A stretch of DNA of 44,585 bases from Nemertoderma westbladi (GCA_032718475.1 JAUCBJ010001959.1:1-44585), one strand, 5' to 3'; positions 26,180-39,370 are shown, numbered from the stretch's first letter. Numbers and translations are program-made. Notes: a model not told the origin generated them from the letters alone.

Positions 26180-29100
26180 TCAGCCTCGTCCCAATTGTCG
26201 TGCTCCTGTGGTCGCTTCCGCCAACTCTTCCTTATGCAGTTGCACACGCGCTTTCTCCGATGCTCCCTGCGCCTTGCGCTGCAACCTTTGCGCTTCTATA
26301 ATAGAATGATAGTGGTCGTCCTTGACTTGACGCTTGTCTTGGACCCCTCCTCCTGGTTCCTTCCGCGAGCCTTGAGCTCCAGCGGTTGTTGCTGTGGTCG
26401 CTGCGATCCTTTGCTCCTGTATCCTCTCAGCGGTCAATGAACCCACTGGCACATGAGTCAACAAGAATTCGTTGCGGTATTGAATAGCCGCCATCCTCCA
26501 ATCACCTCGCGCGCGTACCACTTTTCTAGTCTCCGTAAATACACCCTTCGTGATGCGATCGCAAATAGCAATGAAGTTCCAGGTATACTTATTGTCCATA
26601 TTCAACTGTCTGAAGTATTCTCGGACTACGATAACTCCAGTGTTCTGTGGAAGGTCTTGAGCAGTTAGGATGAGTTCCTGATATTGTGGTAGCGATTGTA
26701 GATATGGCTCGTACGCAACATGTGATGGGTCTACCGCCCAAAATCCATATCCCGCCTTGAATGGTAACCAACGCATCTGCGCTTGAATATGGTAGTCGGC
26801 CACACTCTCCCACTTATCTAACATCTCCCGAAGTAGGTTAGCGCTATGGTTTTGAAAGAATCATCTCGCAGCTGACATCTCGCGCTACGATGTCCCTTTA
26901 CCCCACAATATCCACATTGAGAAATGAAGACGGTGCACGTGTGAAACGAATGGTCGGTCTCATTACACCAACGACAGACCTTATGCGCCGCCTCTACTAC
27001 CGCGTCGCACGACTTTAGATTGTGCCTTGTGCTGCCGCACAATTTGCACCTACGCGCTTGTGGAAACCAGGCCCTCTCGTATATGAGGTCTCCAATCGGT
27101 TTCGCACTTCCTTCCTTCCCAATGTCTAATACGATGTCGTCTTCTCCGGTCAACGGTTGTCGATCCGGAACAAAGTAAACATCCTCGCCCTTGTCCTCTA
27201 TCTCCAATATTTCCTCCCGCGTTCGTTTCGGATATGTCTTCTCCACCGGAAGATCTACTCCGAACACCTCTACTAACGTCTCCGGCCAGCCCTCCTTAAC
27301 AGGTCTATCAGCCTCCGAGTGGAAGGGAGTACCAAACCCGCGGGTTTGATTCCCGAACCACTTCTCCAAAGCTTCTGGCGTCGGATACTCCATCGACGGT
27401 CGGTCTCCCAAATCTCCGATGTTCTGTCGATATACTCCTTCGAATATCGCTAATCCTCTCCTTACCATCGACGTATTCTCTAACGATTGGTTGAAGAACG
27501 GGGTTAAGAAACGCTTCATCACGTCGGATTGGATTCCCCCTTTCGAGCGAATGTATTGATCTCCTCCGAATACCAATGGATGACGCTTCAAAACTCGCGC
27601 AACGATATCCGCTAATAAACAAGTCACCGTGTTCGACTCAAGCACCAAATAATATTGTAGCGATGCACGGGGTGGCACGCAAATGTTCCAATACACTAAC
27701 GCTTGCCGCTTGAAGTGGGATTTGAACTCCGCTCCCGGTGGCGTGTTGTATTCGCCATACGCCTCCTCGTACTTCTTCTTCGTCTTTAACTTAAAGTCCC
27801 AATTATACAACAAGTGTGCTATAAAGCCCATACCAGTCTTAGCAGAGTTGGGATACTCCCTATAAATTCCAATATCCTGTGCCCATAGCAACAATAGCTT
27901 GGTGTCGACAAACGGTCTCGGCAATCTATCTTCCAGATCAGTCATGGCGTTGAAGTCGCTCTCCAAATCGCTCTGGACTCCCGATCCCACCTTGACGTAA
28001 TCTTGGTTGAGAATAGCCTCTCTAACTTTCTTGGGTAGCATCCTGGCGTCGATACGCTCCGCTCCGTGCATACCTCCTCGCCTGCATACCTCCAAAATCT
28101 GCTCCCTAGGATCCTTCCCCTTCCGATATTGTGTCGTTATGATGGGCTCTGGTCTCTCTCGATCCGCCCTCACACGCATAAACACATGAGTCACACCATC
28201 GGCTGCACGAATTTGAATACACTTGCTAGTCAAACATTCTTGATGGGACCCTCCTTCATTGTCGTAGAACATCACCCTCCAATCCTGCAGTGATTCCTCC
28301 GTTTTCCTCCACTGACGCTGAATCTCGTCTGATGGGGTCCACATGCGCTCGATAGCCTTGTGGTCATCATATCGGGTATAAGAACCCTTCCTCCTCAGCC
28401 ACGTCTGGTCTACCTCCTCGTCGTCTGGGAATGTAGCCACCGCGACCCATACCTTGATGTACTTATCCAACCATCCAAATAGTTTACTCTCCTTCCCCGG
28501 AGCTCCAATCTTATCCAATGTGTCGTAATCTGTGATCTGCATTGGGACATCACGCAAGAACTTCGCGCATAAAACTTCCCGTAGACAGTCAACGTTCCAA
28601 TGATCCGCCATTCTTACCATCGGCAAGAATCGTATCGCTTCTCGCGACTCCGGATGATCTACTAATATCGCAGGTTCGGGGCCGTCGGAATAATACACCG
28701 GTCGGGGTTGAGATACGACCTGTGGAACAAATCCGGTCACTCTCCTCGTCTCCTCTTGATGTCTATCCGCGGTCTTATTATACTCCACTATCCTGTTCTC
28801 AAATAACTCTTTCGCCTTCGCCGCTCGCTCCTCCTGCCGCAACGCGTCTATGTCGTCCTGATGCTCAGGCGTGAGGCTTCTCGCTCGGTGAGGTGAAGTA
28901 AACGCAGTCCAGGGACTCGAGAGCTCCAAACCCGCGGGTTTGGTACCCGAGTCCCGCGCCGCTTCGCGCCGCGCCTCTAGATCCTTATAGGCTCGGTACA
29001 GCGAAATGGCCACTGCCGTCTCTATCAAACTGGGTGTCGAACAGGGTTTAATCTCCGTATACGGATCTAATGTCGTAACGGTCGGCGTAATGGGTCTCGG

Positions 29101-29715
29101 AGGTCGCTTTCCGCTGAAGTCGATACTGATCATCGGGTTGCTCATCGGGTAACCTCCCTCGTTGTATCTAAGGAACTGGTGAGCTGGACATCGCGTTAAT
29201 ATCGGTTCCGGATGTTGTTCGTCTAATCAGTCGGGAATCGCCACGTCTTGCTTATTCATGCATTCACCACACTTGTAGAACAGCTTGTACACGCTGAAGA
29301 CTTTCGACGTCTCCTGATCCTCGCCTCGAGTCCTCCGGTACAGATGCATTCCGTCGAACTGATCTCGGATTGCAGGTAGAGGTTCTTTGTGTCGTAAATA
29401 CATATTCATATGGTACAGTCGTGCGATCTCCTCGTCCGGATCTGCGCTGATGTCACATACGTCCAAAGCAAAGTCGTAGGGATACCGCGTGCGATACTCT
29501 CTCCGCAAAACTTCCATCCGGTCCCCCAACGCTCTCATTCTTTCCCTCCGTAATTCCTTATCATAAGTCGGTTTATATTTTCCGTTTAGCTCCATCACGG
29601 ACCGCCCATGGTAGTAAACGTTCGAATCTTTACATCCCGGTCGCGCGAATGGTAGCTCCGCCTCCTCTCTGGCAGTAAATCCTCTGCGCGGTTGCGCTCT
29701 AATATCCCTCTCCAT
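26180..29715 (-). pseudogene. Accessory ORF of the BEL element: C3H Zn motif, DEDDy 3'-5' exonuclease, triple Zn knuckle, WExxADxH domain
   Basis: 162 aa and 775 aa ORFs are in frame across one TGA (29227); 214 aa ORF overlaps by frameshift at ~26820; ExoI FYDNEG, CIQI, LP..V...IL...YVKVGSGVQSD, FVDT, GMGFIA, W..., YYLVLE. Confidence 0.8.
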
Positions 29716-30476
29716 TATGCCTCGCGTATATACATATATATATATCCCAATAAGTGCCGTTACGTAACCAATTACACTGTGGGTAAATCAGTTAGATGTC
29801 GCCGAAAGACAGACCTCCCGAACCCCCCCCGCCTTCCAGCAGTTCAGGTTCGACTCTCTAGATCCCGTCTCTTCCTAACTAACTATCCTCTAACCTATTC
29901 CCATGCATAGCGCAAAAACTTTGGAGATAAACTGGCCGTGACCAACTCACTTTTTGATGCCCAAACTACTCCCATTACTCGTAATAAACTACAGTAGTTA
30001 GAAAGGACCATAGCCACAATACTCGACTATACCAAACCCACAGGTTTGATAATCGAATATCACACATCCTGCAAACTACTGAGTGGGGTCCATGTACGCC
30101 TCTGGTGCTACTAACCTTTAGCACCTTAGTTGCACTGTTGGCACCAATCTGTGGAAGTTGCTAAACTCAATTTACACTCCTACGTAATATAGCCGTCACC
30201 ATGGTTTCTAAATGCTATTTTCCAGGCTTCACGACTTTCAAATTACTGTTTCTATAGACGAATTCTAAAACGCGTCTATACACAGCGTCTGGAATTGTCT
30301 TGGGTTCACTTCTAATTTTTAAAATTTAAATTTTTCCAAAAAATTTTTTTTTTTAAATAAAATTTTGTTTTGATACCCACTAGACAAAACTCAACGCAAA
30401 TCACCACAACCCCGCTCCTATGCATTTCCTTGTATTTGCATACGAGGAATGCATACGAAGTGAGTTGCGTCCAACA

Positions 30477-32008
30477 CTAATTCTGTTTTGAGGCAGGAGA
30501 CAAATTATAATCTCCCGTCTCGATACGTGTCTCCTCTAATAACACGATATCTTGGACCGGTCGGTCCAAGGTATGTAAACCATTAGTTTTACACTTTTTT
30601 GGGTGCGGACACTTGCACCTAATTTTCACAGTGACTGTGCGCACTATGTTTTGCACGTCTGGGTGTGTGTGTGCAAGATCACTCCAGTCTCCCAATACTT
30701 TCTCTTGACAATGGGTTCGGTTATCAATACGTAATCTCCCTTTTGGAGACTCCGAACCGTTTTGTACCACTTTGTTCTGGTAGATATGGTGGGAAGATAG
30801 TATTCCCGCCAATATTCCCAGAATGTGTACGCGACTAATTGTGTTACCTTCCAGCTTTTACGACTATATAGGTCGGCACTAATGGGTTCTGATGCCGGCA
30901 CAAGAAATGCTGGACTCTGCATTAGCAAATGATTCGGCGTTAATGCAACACCGTCTGGCAACATAGCTATCGGCCTCGAGTTTAGGGTATGCTCGATTTC
31001 GATGAAAGCTGTAACCAGTTCGTCGTCGGTAAGTTGTTTATTTACAGGCAATGTCTTGGCAATGGCCTGCTTTACAGAGCAAACCAAACGCTCCCAACTT
31101 CCTCCTCTCCAAGGAATTTCTGGAGTATTAAATCTCCACTCTACTCGTTGCGGCAAAAGTGCTGCAGAAATTTCCTTATTCTGTGCTGCTTTATGAGCCG
31201 CGTTCAACTCGCTATTCCTTCCGACAAAGTTTGTACCCTTATCGGAATAGAACGCCTTTACTAGTCCTCTCCTGGCCATAAATCTCTTTAAGGCCAGGAG
31301 CAGAGATTTGGTCGACATGTCTGCCACACGCTCGATATGTATGGCTCTACTAGCCATGCATGTCAGCAGCAGACCCCATCGCTTGTGGGTCAGCCGTCCA
31401 CTCTTTGCTTCAATCGGACCAAAACAGTCCACCCCTGTGTTCGTAAAGGGTGGGTCATATGCCTGCACTCTCGCTTCCGGGAGTTCAGCCATCTCCTGTT
31501 CCAATACTCTGGCGTTCACCCTCTTGCAAACCAGACAGGCGTCGTACATAGTGCCGACTGCCCTGCTTGGCTGCAATAGAATGAATCGCTGTCTCGCTGC
31601 CGACAAACAGTGTAACTTTCCCGCGTGATGCAACCTCTTGTGTATATCCCATAGAATCGCTCTTTGCAATTCTATCGGGTGACTAGGGATTATCACTGGG
31701 AACCGAAACTGTGAGTTTATGTCGACAGTCTGGATTCTCGATCTATGACAAATCAAACCCTTATGGATTAATGGACTCCATTTTCTAAGGGGTTTATAGA
31801 GAACTGGTCGTTGAGCCGATAATAGATGGAATTCTTTTGGGAAGGCACACATTTGATAATGCTTCAAATGCTTTAATTCCGCTTGATCAATCTCATCCTC
31901 TGTCAGAGGTTGTTTCAATTTCCGAATTCGCTCACTATTAGTGCTCGATGGTATCTCAAATGTTTCGAATGTTTTAAACAAAGGTGCAAAATGTATCGGC
32001 TTAACCAT
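30477..32008 (-). pseudogene. pol: BEL/Pao integrase (HHCC, DDE core, C-terminal domain), frameshifted tail
   Basis: H....H...CLVC, PPFTNTGVDCFGP, YSDKGTNFVG, PWRGGSWERLV, NSRP, LTPNHLL, FWEYW.EYY. Confidence 0.92.
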
Positions 32009-33093
32009 GCAGTTCTTTTACAAATTGTCAGCCAAAAGGCAGACGAATTTAGTAATTTGTCATAAACACTGCATGACTCTAATGCCAGCGACGGTTGTCC
32101 GCTAACTAATGGAAGTTTCGAATCCAAACCCGCAGGTTTGGAAACCAAAGGCTCCGTTGTGTCGGTCATTTTCTGTCCGTCACTTACTAACTGTGACTCT
32201 GGTTTAGTCTGTAAGGGTGGTTTGATGTCATAACTTACCCTTCCGGAACTAGTAGTCACGTAAGTCTGTTGGTCTGGCAGGTCTCCGGGCCGCTCCAATG
32301 ACTCTTCAGGCCGCTCCAATGACTCTTCAGGCCGCTCCAATGACTCTTCAGGCCGCTCCAATGACTTAAGTTTGGCCTTAGACTTTGACTTAGAGACTTT
32401 CTCCACCTTGACTTCTGCATCTTCAGGCATCGGATTGGTCACTATCTTTAGTCGCTCTGGCCAATGTTCCTGTGTCCTCGTTAGAAAATCAGGTCCATGC
32501 AACCAAAACTCCTGCGACTCTTCCTGACAGAATTCCACCGGCATTGCACCTCTCGAAGTTATGTCGGCCGGGTTCAACACTCCCGGACAATGTCTCCATT
32601 GTTCCTTCGTCGAAAAGTCAACGATCTGAGCGCGTCTATTGGCCACAAATGTCTTTAGTGCAATATTGTCGGCCGCAATGTATACTAACACCAAGGATGC
32701 GTCCGTCCAATAGAATAAGGTCAATGTCGTGTCTAACTCCTCTGTTATCTGCTTACTTACCTCGACTGAAACTACAGCCGCCTGTAACTCTGCACGAGGG
32801 ACAGTCATGTATTTGACCGGCATTGTCTTTGATCTAGAAGTCACAAAGGCCGTCTCGAACTTGTCCTGACTTGCCTCTCGGCGAAGGTAGGCTACCATAC
32901 CAAAGCCGGTGTCACTTGCGTCACTAAATAGGTGGAGCTCTAAATCAGCTGGGAATACCAGCTGATTCGGAAAGTAGGAACGGGGTACATCTATATTTTT
33001 CAATAGATGCAACTCGGCTTCCCACTCCCTCCACTGCATATTGGTTCGTCCCACTCTACGTCGGACAACCAAATTTTCCTCATGCACGCTCAT
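31915..33093 (-). pseudogene. pol: BEL/Pao RNase H region and linker
   Basis: LHLFSDAS..GFG.VAYLR, TVPRAELQAA, YWTDA, FVANR, WRHCPGVLNPADITSRG, WLHGPDFL. Confidence 0.92.
32289..32365. repeat. 21 bp coding tandem repeat (SLERPEE x ~3.7)
   Basis: GGCCGCTCCAATGACTCTTCA repeats within the RH-IN linker. Confidence 0.9.
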
Positions 33094-34787
33094 GCCTGTA
33101 ATATTACTGGACTGATAAAGTTCATCGGGTCAAATAGTCTACTTAATGTCGATAAGCAAATCCTCTTAGTCAAAACCTTGTCTGGGCTACTGGGCTCAAA
33201 TCTAACTCTTACCTGGAACTTATCTGAGTTCGGGTTCCAAGCGAGTCCCAGTACTCGCGCCATGGGGATTGGTTCTACCCCCAATTCAATGTCTCCGCTC
33301 CCGCGATCTTTCACCGGGAACGACTCTAATAGGGCCTCCGAGTTCGTAGTGAACTTGGTTAGAGAAAAACCCCCTGTAGCCAAGCACTCTTGCAGGCCGT
33401 GAGCCACTTCTATGGCTTGTTCCGCCGTGTCCTTGGACACCAATCCGTCGTCCATATAGAAGTTTCTCAAGATGGACTCGATTACTTCTACTGGGTACTT
33501 ACCAATTTGGGCTGTTGCCGTTTTCTTTAAAACGAACAGCGTGCCATTCGGACTATCGCGGGCGCCAAATATCCTAACGTACATTTGGTATGTAACCACT
33601 GGGCCGGATAAGTCTTCATTCTTGTACCAGAGAAAGCGAAGGCTATCCTGGTCTGCCTTACAGGCTCTTACCTGGTGGAACATCGCCTCGATGTCACAAG
33701 TGAATGCGAATCGCCGCTGTCTAAAACGCAACAGTATTCCAATCAAATAATTGTTCAGGTTGGGACCATCCATCAACTCTGAATTCAGGGACATGCCTCT
33801 ACAGACTGCTGCGCAGTCGTTGACTACTCGGACTTTGTCAGGTTTGTCAGGGTGAGTCACATAGTGGTGTGGAAGGTAATAAGTCTGGTCTGTCACTAAG
33901 TCAGGGTCCTCTACCTTCCCAGCAAATCCCTTGGCAAAATAGTTGTTGATCTGGGCGCAATACTTCTCCCTAATGCCTGGATTCTCCATTGTCCGTGGTC
34001 CATTGACATGCGGCTCAGCTGGTCTCGTTTCCCATATCTGGTGTGCGATCAGCTGTTCTGCACCAATCAACATAGAAACATTCCTATAACCTACCTGGTG
34101 TCTCGGTATCCTGAGCTTGTCAAAATACTCCTGTGCTATGGGACTCATCGGCGGCACCTTACCTAACTGCCTGCCGAATCCCTTCATAGCTAGACACTTA
34201 AATCCGTCCAATGGCAAAGCTTTCCGTTCTTGTCGAGTGTGTTGCTCTCTCGGAAGTAGGGAATCTAGTTCCACCGAAATTATGTGTCCCTTGAGGTCAC
34301 CTACCCCGTGCATAGACTTCAACTCTATTTGGATCTCCTCGGCGTCCTGGAAGCTAGAAACGGCTCTCGCCACTTCCTCGTCGATAAACGATAATGTGGA
34401 CGCAGTGTCCAACATCACATATATTCGCTTTGATCCCTTATCACCGGTAAGTTTCACCGGAATCACGCTAAATATTTCCGACGTGGCCGATGATAAATAC
34501 GTCCGCGCGCTGGTCGATGAACTATCCGCGGTGAAACCTTGGCAGGTCACTTCTCTCGCGCTCGACTCGCCATCCTCGTCCGACGAACCTGGTTGGTAAC
34601 CATCGTCCTGGATGCCAGTGTACGTATTCCTTCTTATCGATACGGGTTCTTTGTGAGGATTTCGCTGTAAGTAACGGTCCGGTTGGGGTATGGAAATCCG
34701 CATGTAGCAACTTGTGATGTAGTCTGCCGCATTCCATGCATCCGTCCTTGCTGTTCGGGCACTGCCGCCGTACATGGCCTGGCGCAA
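33090..34787 (-). pseudogene. pol: BEL/Pao aspartic protease + reverse transcriptase (internal deletion between them)
   Basis: MLDTASTLSFI; YYLPHH.V....K..KVRVV.D, SLN..L..GP.L, DIEAMFHQV, FGARDSP, FYMDD, RVLGLAW, FDPMNFISP. Confidence 0.92.
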
Positions 34788-36642
34788 GACATGCCCAACA
34801 GGTGTCCAACGTCCGCACTTGAACTCTTTTCTGTTCCGAATTTAATTCTTTGAACCGTCTGCAACTATCTAACTTATGGTCGTCAGATCTTACCTCCTTT
34901 AGTAAACAGTATTGGCAACCTACAAATCCATCCGGCAACTCCTGTTGCTTTAACCTAGGTCTATCTAACCGCTCACCTGACCATACTCGCGAGTCTGATC
35001 TAAAGGCTGGGGTACTCGAATTATATCTGTCTACTGAGTTAAATGTCACAGTGGTCCTGTCATCGTCAAAACTTACCATAGACTTACCGGTAACAGGTTT
35101 AGACTCTCTCATATTCTCTTCTGAGAAGTTTGATTTCATCTCTGCTACTGCGTCTGTGGCTATCATGTCATGAATATGCTGAAGTGTCAACACCTTACCT
35201 TGGCCCTCCAACTTATTCTCTAATTTGCGCCATTTCTGTCGATAACGCATGTTTAAACGTCTTATTACGCTCTTCAAAACTTCGGCGTGATCACCATGAT
35301 GAGGTAGATTCACCGTCTTCAAGATGTCCAATGCGTTCGAAATAGCGTTCGCTAAGTTCAACAGCTCTAACGGAGTTGTAATCCTTCCGCCCTTACCCAA
35401 GTCTTCTACTATCGACTGCGCCATCTTGGTTTTATTCCCGTAGATGTCACTAAGCGTCTTCATCGCTAATTCGAATGCTCTTTCGTTGCCGACGAAGTTA
35501 TCAGCAATGGCTCTAGGTTCTCGATGGAGCATCTGAAGCAAATAGTTGAACTTCTCGTTGGGAGTAAAGGTGCTGTTGGTTAGCTGCTCGTCGACATAGG
35601 TTTTGAAGGTCCTCCAGTGCTTGTGGTTGCCCATAAACTTCTGGGGTTGTTGCGTCGGCAGTCCTTGCCTAGCAGCAAACTTACCTATGTCCCTAAGGGT
35701 TGCGTCGTTCCGGGTTAACAAATGGTTTAGTTCCGCAGGGTTGTTAAGTCTGGTCCTTTCCCGGTGGTTCCAACTTACCTGCTCCGCGTCGGTCCTTCTT
35801 TCCTTATAGTTTCGGGACTTCTGACGTCTCATTTCTTCCTCTTCATCGCTTGACTCGGTGTCAGTCCTTAGCGCTCGCGATGATTTGCACGCTGAGGCCC
35901 TGACCCAAGCGTCCTGAATAAATCTTTCTGCCGAATTTTCGAAATTGGGATTAGAGATGTTCGGGACAGGCGTCCTTACCTGAGGTCTATGTGGTATAGT
36001 TTCCTCCGATATGCGTACTCGTTGACTAGGCTGGACTTTGTCAAACTCAGGCCTGCTAGGATTAGAATTACTTCTTACCTGGGCTGCTTCCTTTAACCTT
36101 AGGTTGCTAAGCATGTCCGTTATAGGTTGGATGTGCGGCGATATAGCTTGCGCTAAACTAGCACTTAACTCATCCCTCGTAATAAATTCCTGGCTAGGGT
36201 TCTGTTGTATAGTCGGCTCTATCTGAGTAATTCGCTGTCTCTCATATGATCCCTCTTCCGGTTTAACCCGGAAGTTCTCCGTCGAACTGGGTCGGCGCTC
36301 CGTCCGCGTATTCCAAACCCGCGGGTTCGGTTCGCCCAATACTCGTCCCGTTGGAGTTTCTTCTCTAAATTCTCCATTGTCTCGTTCGGTGTATAGTGGT
36401 GCGGTGTTCCGATGACGTAGATCCTGAGCGATGGGTGAAGCACCAATACCAACTGGTATGCGATATGTAGAGAACGGTTTAGCGATCCGTGTACTCGTAA
36501 TAGCTGGACCGGGTATAGGAATTCTGGTCGTCGTCAACTCACGTATGGTCGGAGTTCTCGCTTCCTGTTCGGCCTTCTGCAGTGCGAACAGTTCTCGCAA
36601 CTCGGTCCCTACACTCGCCCCACATTCTTCGATCATTCGCAT
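34522..36642 (-). pseudogene. gag: BEL/Pao gag core with three Zn knuckles
   Basis: KFMG....W..F, EKFNYLLQML, L...YG; CQYC..H....C, CWACLAPGHVRRQC, CMECGRLHHKLLH. Confidence 0.9.
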
Positions 36643-36670
36643 CCCCTTCTCGGCGATTTAATTCGCCTTC

Positions 36671-38341
36671 CTAGTCCGTTCTTCGCTCTCTAAATTTAAT
36701 CTCACACTTTCCTTCCTTTATTTCTCCTTTCTTTAACTGCGCCAGTTTACTTTCTTCTTCTTCCCTCGCTCGTCTCGCTGCGCTCTCTTCTTCCACTCGT
36801 GCCTTTTCTTCATACAATGCGCGTCTTCTTTTTTCAATCTCGAGTTCGCGTTCCTTGCGTCCGCGTTCGAGTTGAAGCTCGCGCTCCTTCTGTTCACGAT
36901 CGAGTTTCTTGCGTTCGCGTTCTGCTTGGAGTTCGCGCTTCTTCGCTTCCTGTTCGCGTTCGAGTTGGAGTTTGCGTTTCTTCGCTTCCCGCTCGCATTC
37001 AAGTTGGAGTTCGCGTTCTCTCTGTTCGCGTTCGAGTTCCTCGCGCTCGCGCTCGGCTTGGAGTTCGCGTTCCCTTTGCTCGCGTTCCGCTCGCTCGCGC
37101 TTACTTATCTCTTCCAACTCTTGTAACTCTGCGTCCAACTTACGTGTGCGCTCCCGTTCCCGCTCGGCTTCCTTCCGTGCTTCCGATGCACGCAAAACTT
37201 CCGCCTGTTGTTCATCCAGTCGGCGTCTTCTCTCCTCCGCCGAGTTGTGCGAAACAAGGGATCTAGCACATATAACCTTACCTCGCGCGTGACTAACCTG
37301 GGGATCGCCGCTGTCTCTAGATGCGTCGTCGGGTGGAGTCAACGTCCTCTGTTGGATGTTCTCCGTCGTCGGTAGCACCTGGCCTGGTACCACCACTCCA
37401 TTCTGCATCAGCCAGCTAGTAACTTCCCTTTGATAACGGCGCTCCTCTTTATCTTGGATCTCTTCTCGCTCCACTAAGTCTCTCAACTCTGCGTCACTCA
37501 CTTGAGTCGCCTGCGCTTGTGATGCCCATAGCAGCCAGTTCTCCGTCCTAACCCGTCGGAATCGCTCCGATAACTCGCGGTGCTCCAACAAGGCTGCTAA
37601 AACCCTGTCGTAAATCCTCGTCGCCACGTCGCTCGACTGAGACTCTACTGCCTTCTTTGCTAGGACTGCAAGCTCCTCCGTCTGCTTGAATAACGCTGAG
37701 TTATATCCTCTTCTAATCTCTGCTAACTCTACCCTCCCGATGTTCGCTGAGTCGGCTAACATCTTCCTTACCTTGTCCGCCGTCCGTGTTATATGTCCGG
37801 CGTGCGCGCGAAGTTTCTTCTTTATCGCAGTGTCGAACTCTCTATCACTTACCTGACTTACACTCGGTGGACTTGAAGGATTATTTCGGGAACTACGGGT
37901 ACTCCTTACAGCCGTCGGGACCACGGCACTTACCATACCCACAGGTCTGGAAACCGGGCTCCGGGCTCTCGCTTCTGCTACACTACCCTCCCTATCACTC
38001 ACCTCTGGTTGGGTTGCTGTACAATCCTTCCTTACAGTAGCGGTAGGGGATTCTAATACTATTACTTGAGGTTGTTGTTCTTCCTCACTAGTCACTGTCT
38101 CATCCTCCTGTTCACTTACGTCAGCGTCGCTCGCTGCGTCTTCATAGTCGGCATTGTCGTCAACAGTTATATCGACGCTATCGTCAGTCGGCGGTCCGGC
38201 CGCCGTCTCATAGCTGTCCTCTAGTGCCTCTTTGTCTGAGACACTCATAGTCTTAATAATGTTTGCCTTCCGGCAAAATATCTCGCAAAAGTTCGAGATA
38301 TAATTATAATTTAACCGAAATACGGTCAAATTATTTGTCAA
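36671..38341 (-). CDS. BEL/Pao gag N-terminal part: acidic region + long E/R coiled coil
   Basis: 556 aa ORF just upstream of the gag core, likely ATG ~38248; ERELQ/EREQ repeats at ~36780-37110; out of frame with the core. Confidence 0.7.
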   Translation of the reverse strand: MTNNLTVFRLNYNYISNFCEIFCRKANIIKTMSVSDKEALEDSYETAAGPPTDDSVDITVDDNADYEDAASDADVSEQEDETVTSEEEQQPQVIVLESPTATVRKDCTATQPEVSDREGSVAEARARSPVSRPVGMVSAVVPTAVRSTRSSRNNPSSPPSVSQVSDREFDTAIKKKLRAHAGHITRTADKVRKMLADSANIGRVELAEIRRGYNSALFKQTEELAVLAKKAVESQSSDVATRIYDRVLAALLEHRELSERFRRVRTENWLLWASQAQATQVSDAELRDLVEREEIQDKEERRYQREVTSWLMQNGVVVPGQVLPTTENIQQRTLTPPDDASRDSGDPQVSHARGKVICARSLVSHNSAEERRRRLDEQQAEVLRASEARKEAERERERTRKLDAELQELEEISKRERAEREQRERELQAEREREELEREQRERELQLECEREAKKRKLQLEREQEAKKRELQAERERKKLDREQKERELQLERGRKERELEIEKRRRALYEEKARVEEESAARRAREEEESKLAQLKKGEIKEGKCEIKFRERRTD

Positions 38342-39370
38342 ATAATCAGTTGGTCCAAAATGTCAAATAAATTCGCAATGCAATATTGTGAATTTAATGG
38401 GGTATATAGTTATAGCAAATACTAACACAATATTTAAACAAAAATATTATTATATAGCTACTATATAGTATTAAATACCGGTATAGCACGAAATAACTTT
38501 TTGAATCTAATACAAAATATTCAAAATATACTTGCCGCCCGAATATTTCTAATTTTATATATATAGCTCCAAACAACGTAATTTTAATTTCAAATATTAT
38601 ATGTATCCACTAGCGCGTGGCTACATCTTCGGGTTGCGACTCTCTCTAACTCTCTCTCTAACTTGAGCGATTCAAAAAACCATGGCCGGCTAAACCTAAA
38701 TATCCTAACTAATAAATTGAGTTCAGCTTCGCAGTTAAACAACCGATAATTTTTTACTGCTTCCACAAACACAATGGTGCCAACAGAACAACTAACCTTG
38801 TTTGCTGTGAGATTCCACGTCCGCGTCCAAAGATTCAGGCCCTTCGCTGATTGCAAACCGAACCCGCAGACCCACACGAACCCCAAACTCAGAAGTTCCG
38901 TCTTGCCATGTATCTCCAGATGGTATAAAATAACTAAGCGGTTACCTAACATACCGGTACAAAACTCTAGAATTTTACAAAATAATTTTGACCGAAACTG
39001 AATTCTCGCAAACCTAGCTAAAATTTTCAAAAAACTTACTAATTACAATTTGCCCTGAGGCCTAAAGAACTGCTGTATTCGCAATTAGCAAAACGCACTA
39101 CCGTACATCCACTGTATGCAGCACAGTAAGTAAAACAGTACACTAACCTAACAGCCTAATGTACTACTGTACTATTGTACGCAGCCAGTGAATACAGTAA
39201 TCTAAACTAACAGCCTAAGGGAATATACTCAATGTCTTACTGTACGCTAGCCTATAGCCTACAGCAGACGATCACGTGCTCTAATTTATTACTTAATATT
39301 GTGATACTACTAACAGCCTAAGAATACACTATTGACCGCTGCAAGCAACAGCCAATAAAACGCGTATTAC

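Noticed and set aside
26818-29145. env gene
   Set aside because: No signal peptide or transmembrane segment evident; exonuclease and Zn-knuckle motifs instead
36733-37292. Overlapping RV-, SR- and LEFAF-repeat ORFs
   Set aside because: Alternative frames and antisense of the gag coiled-coil repeat
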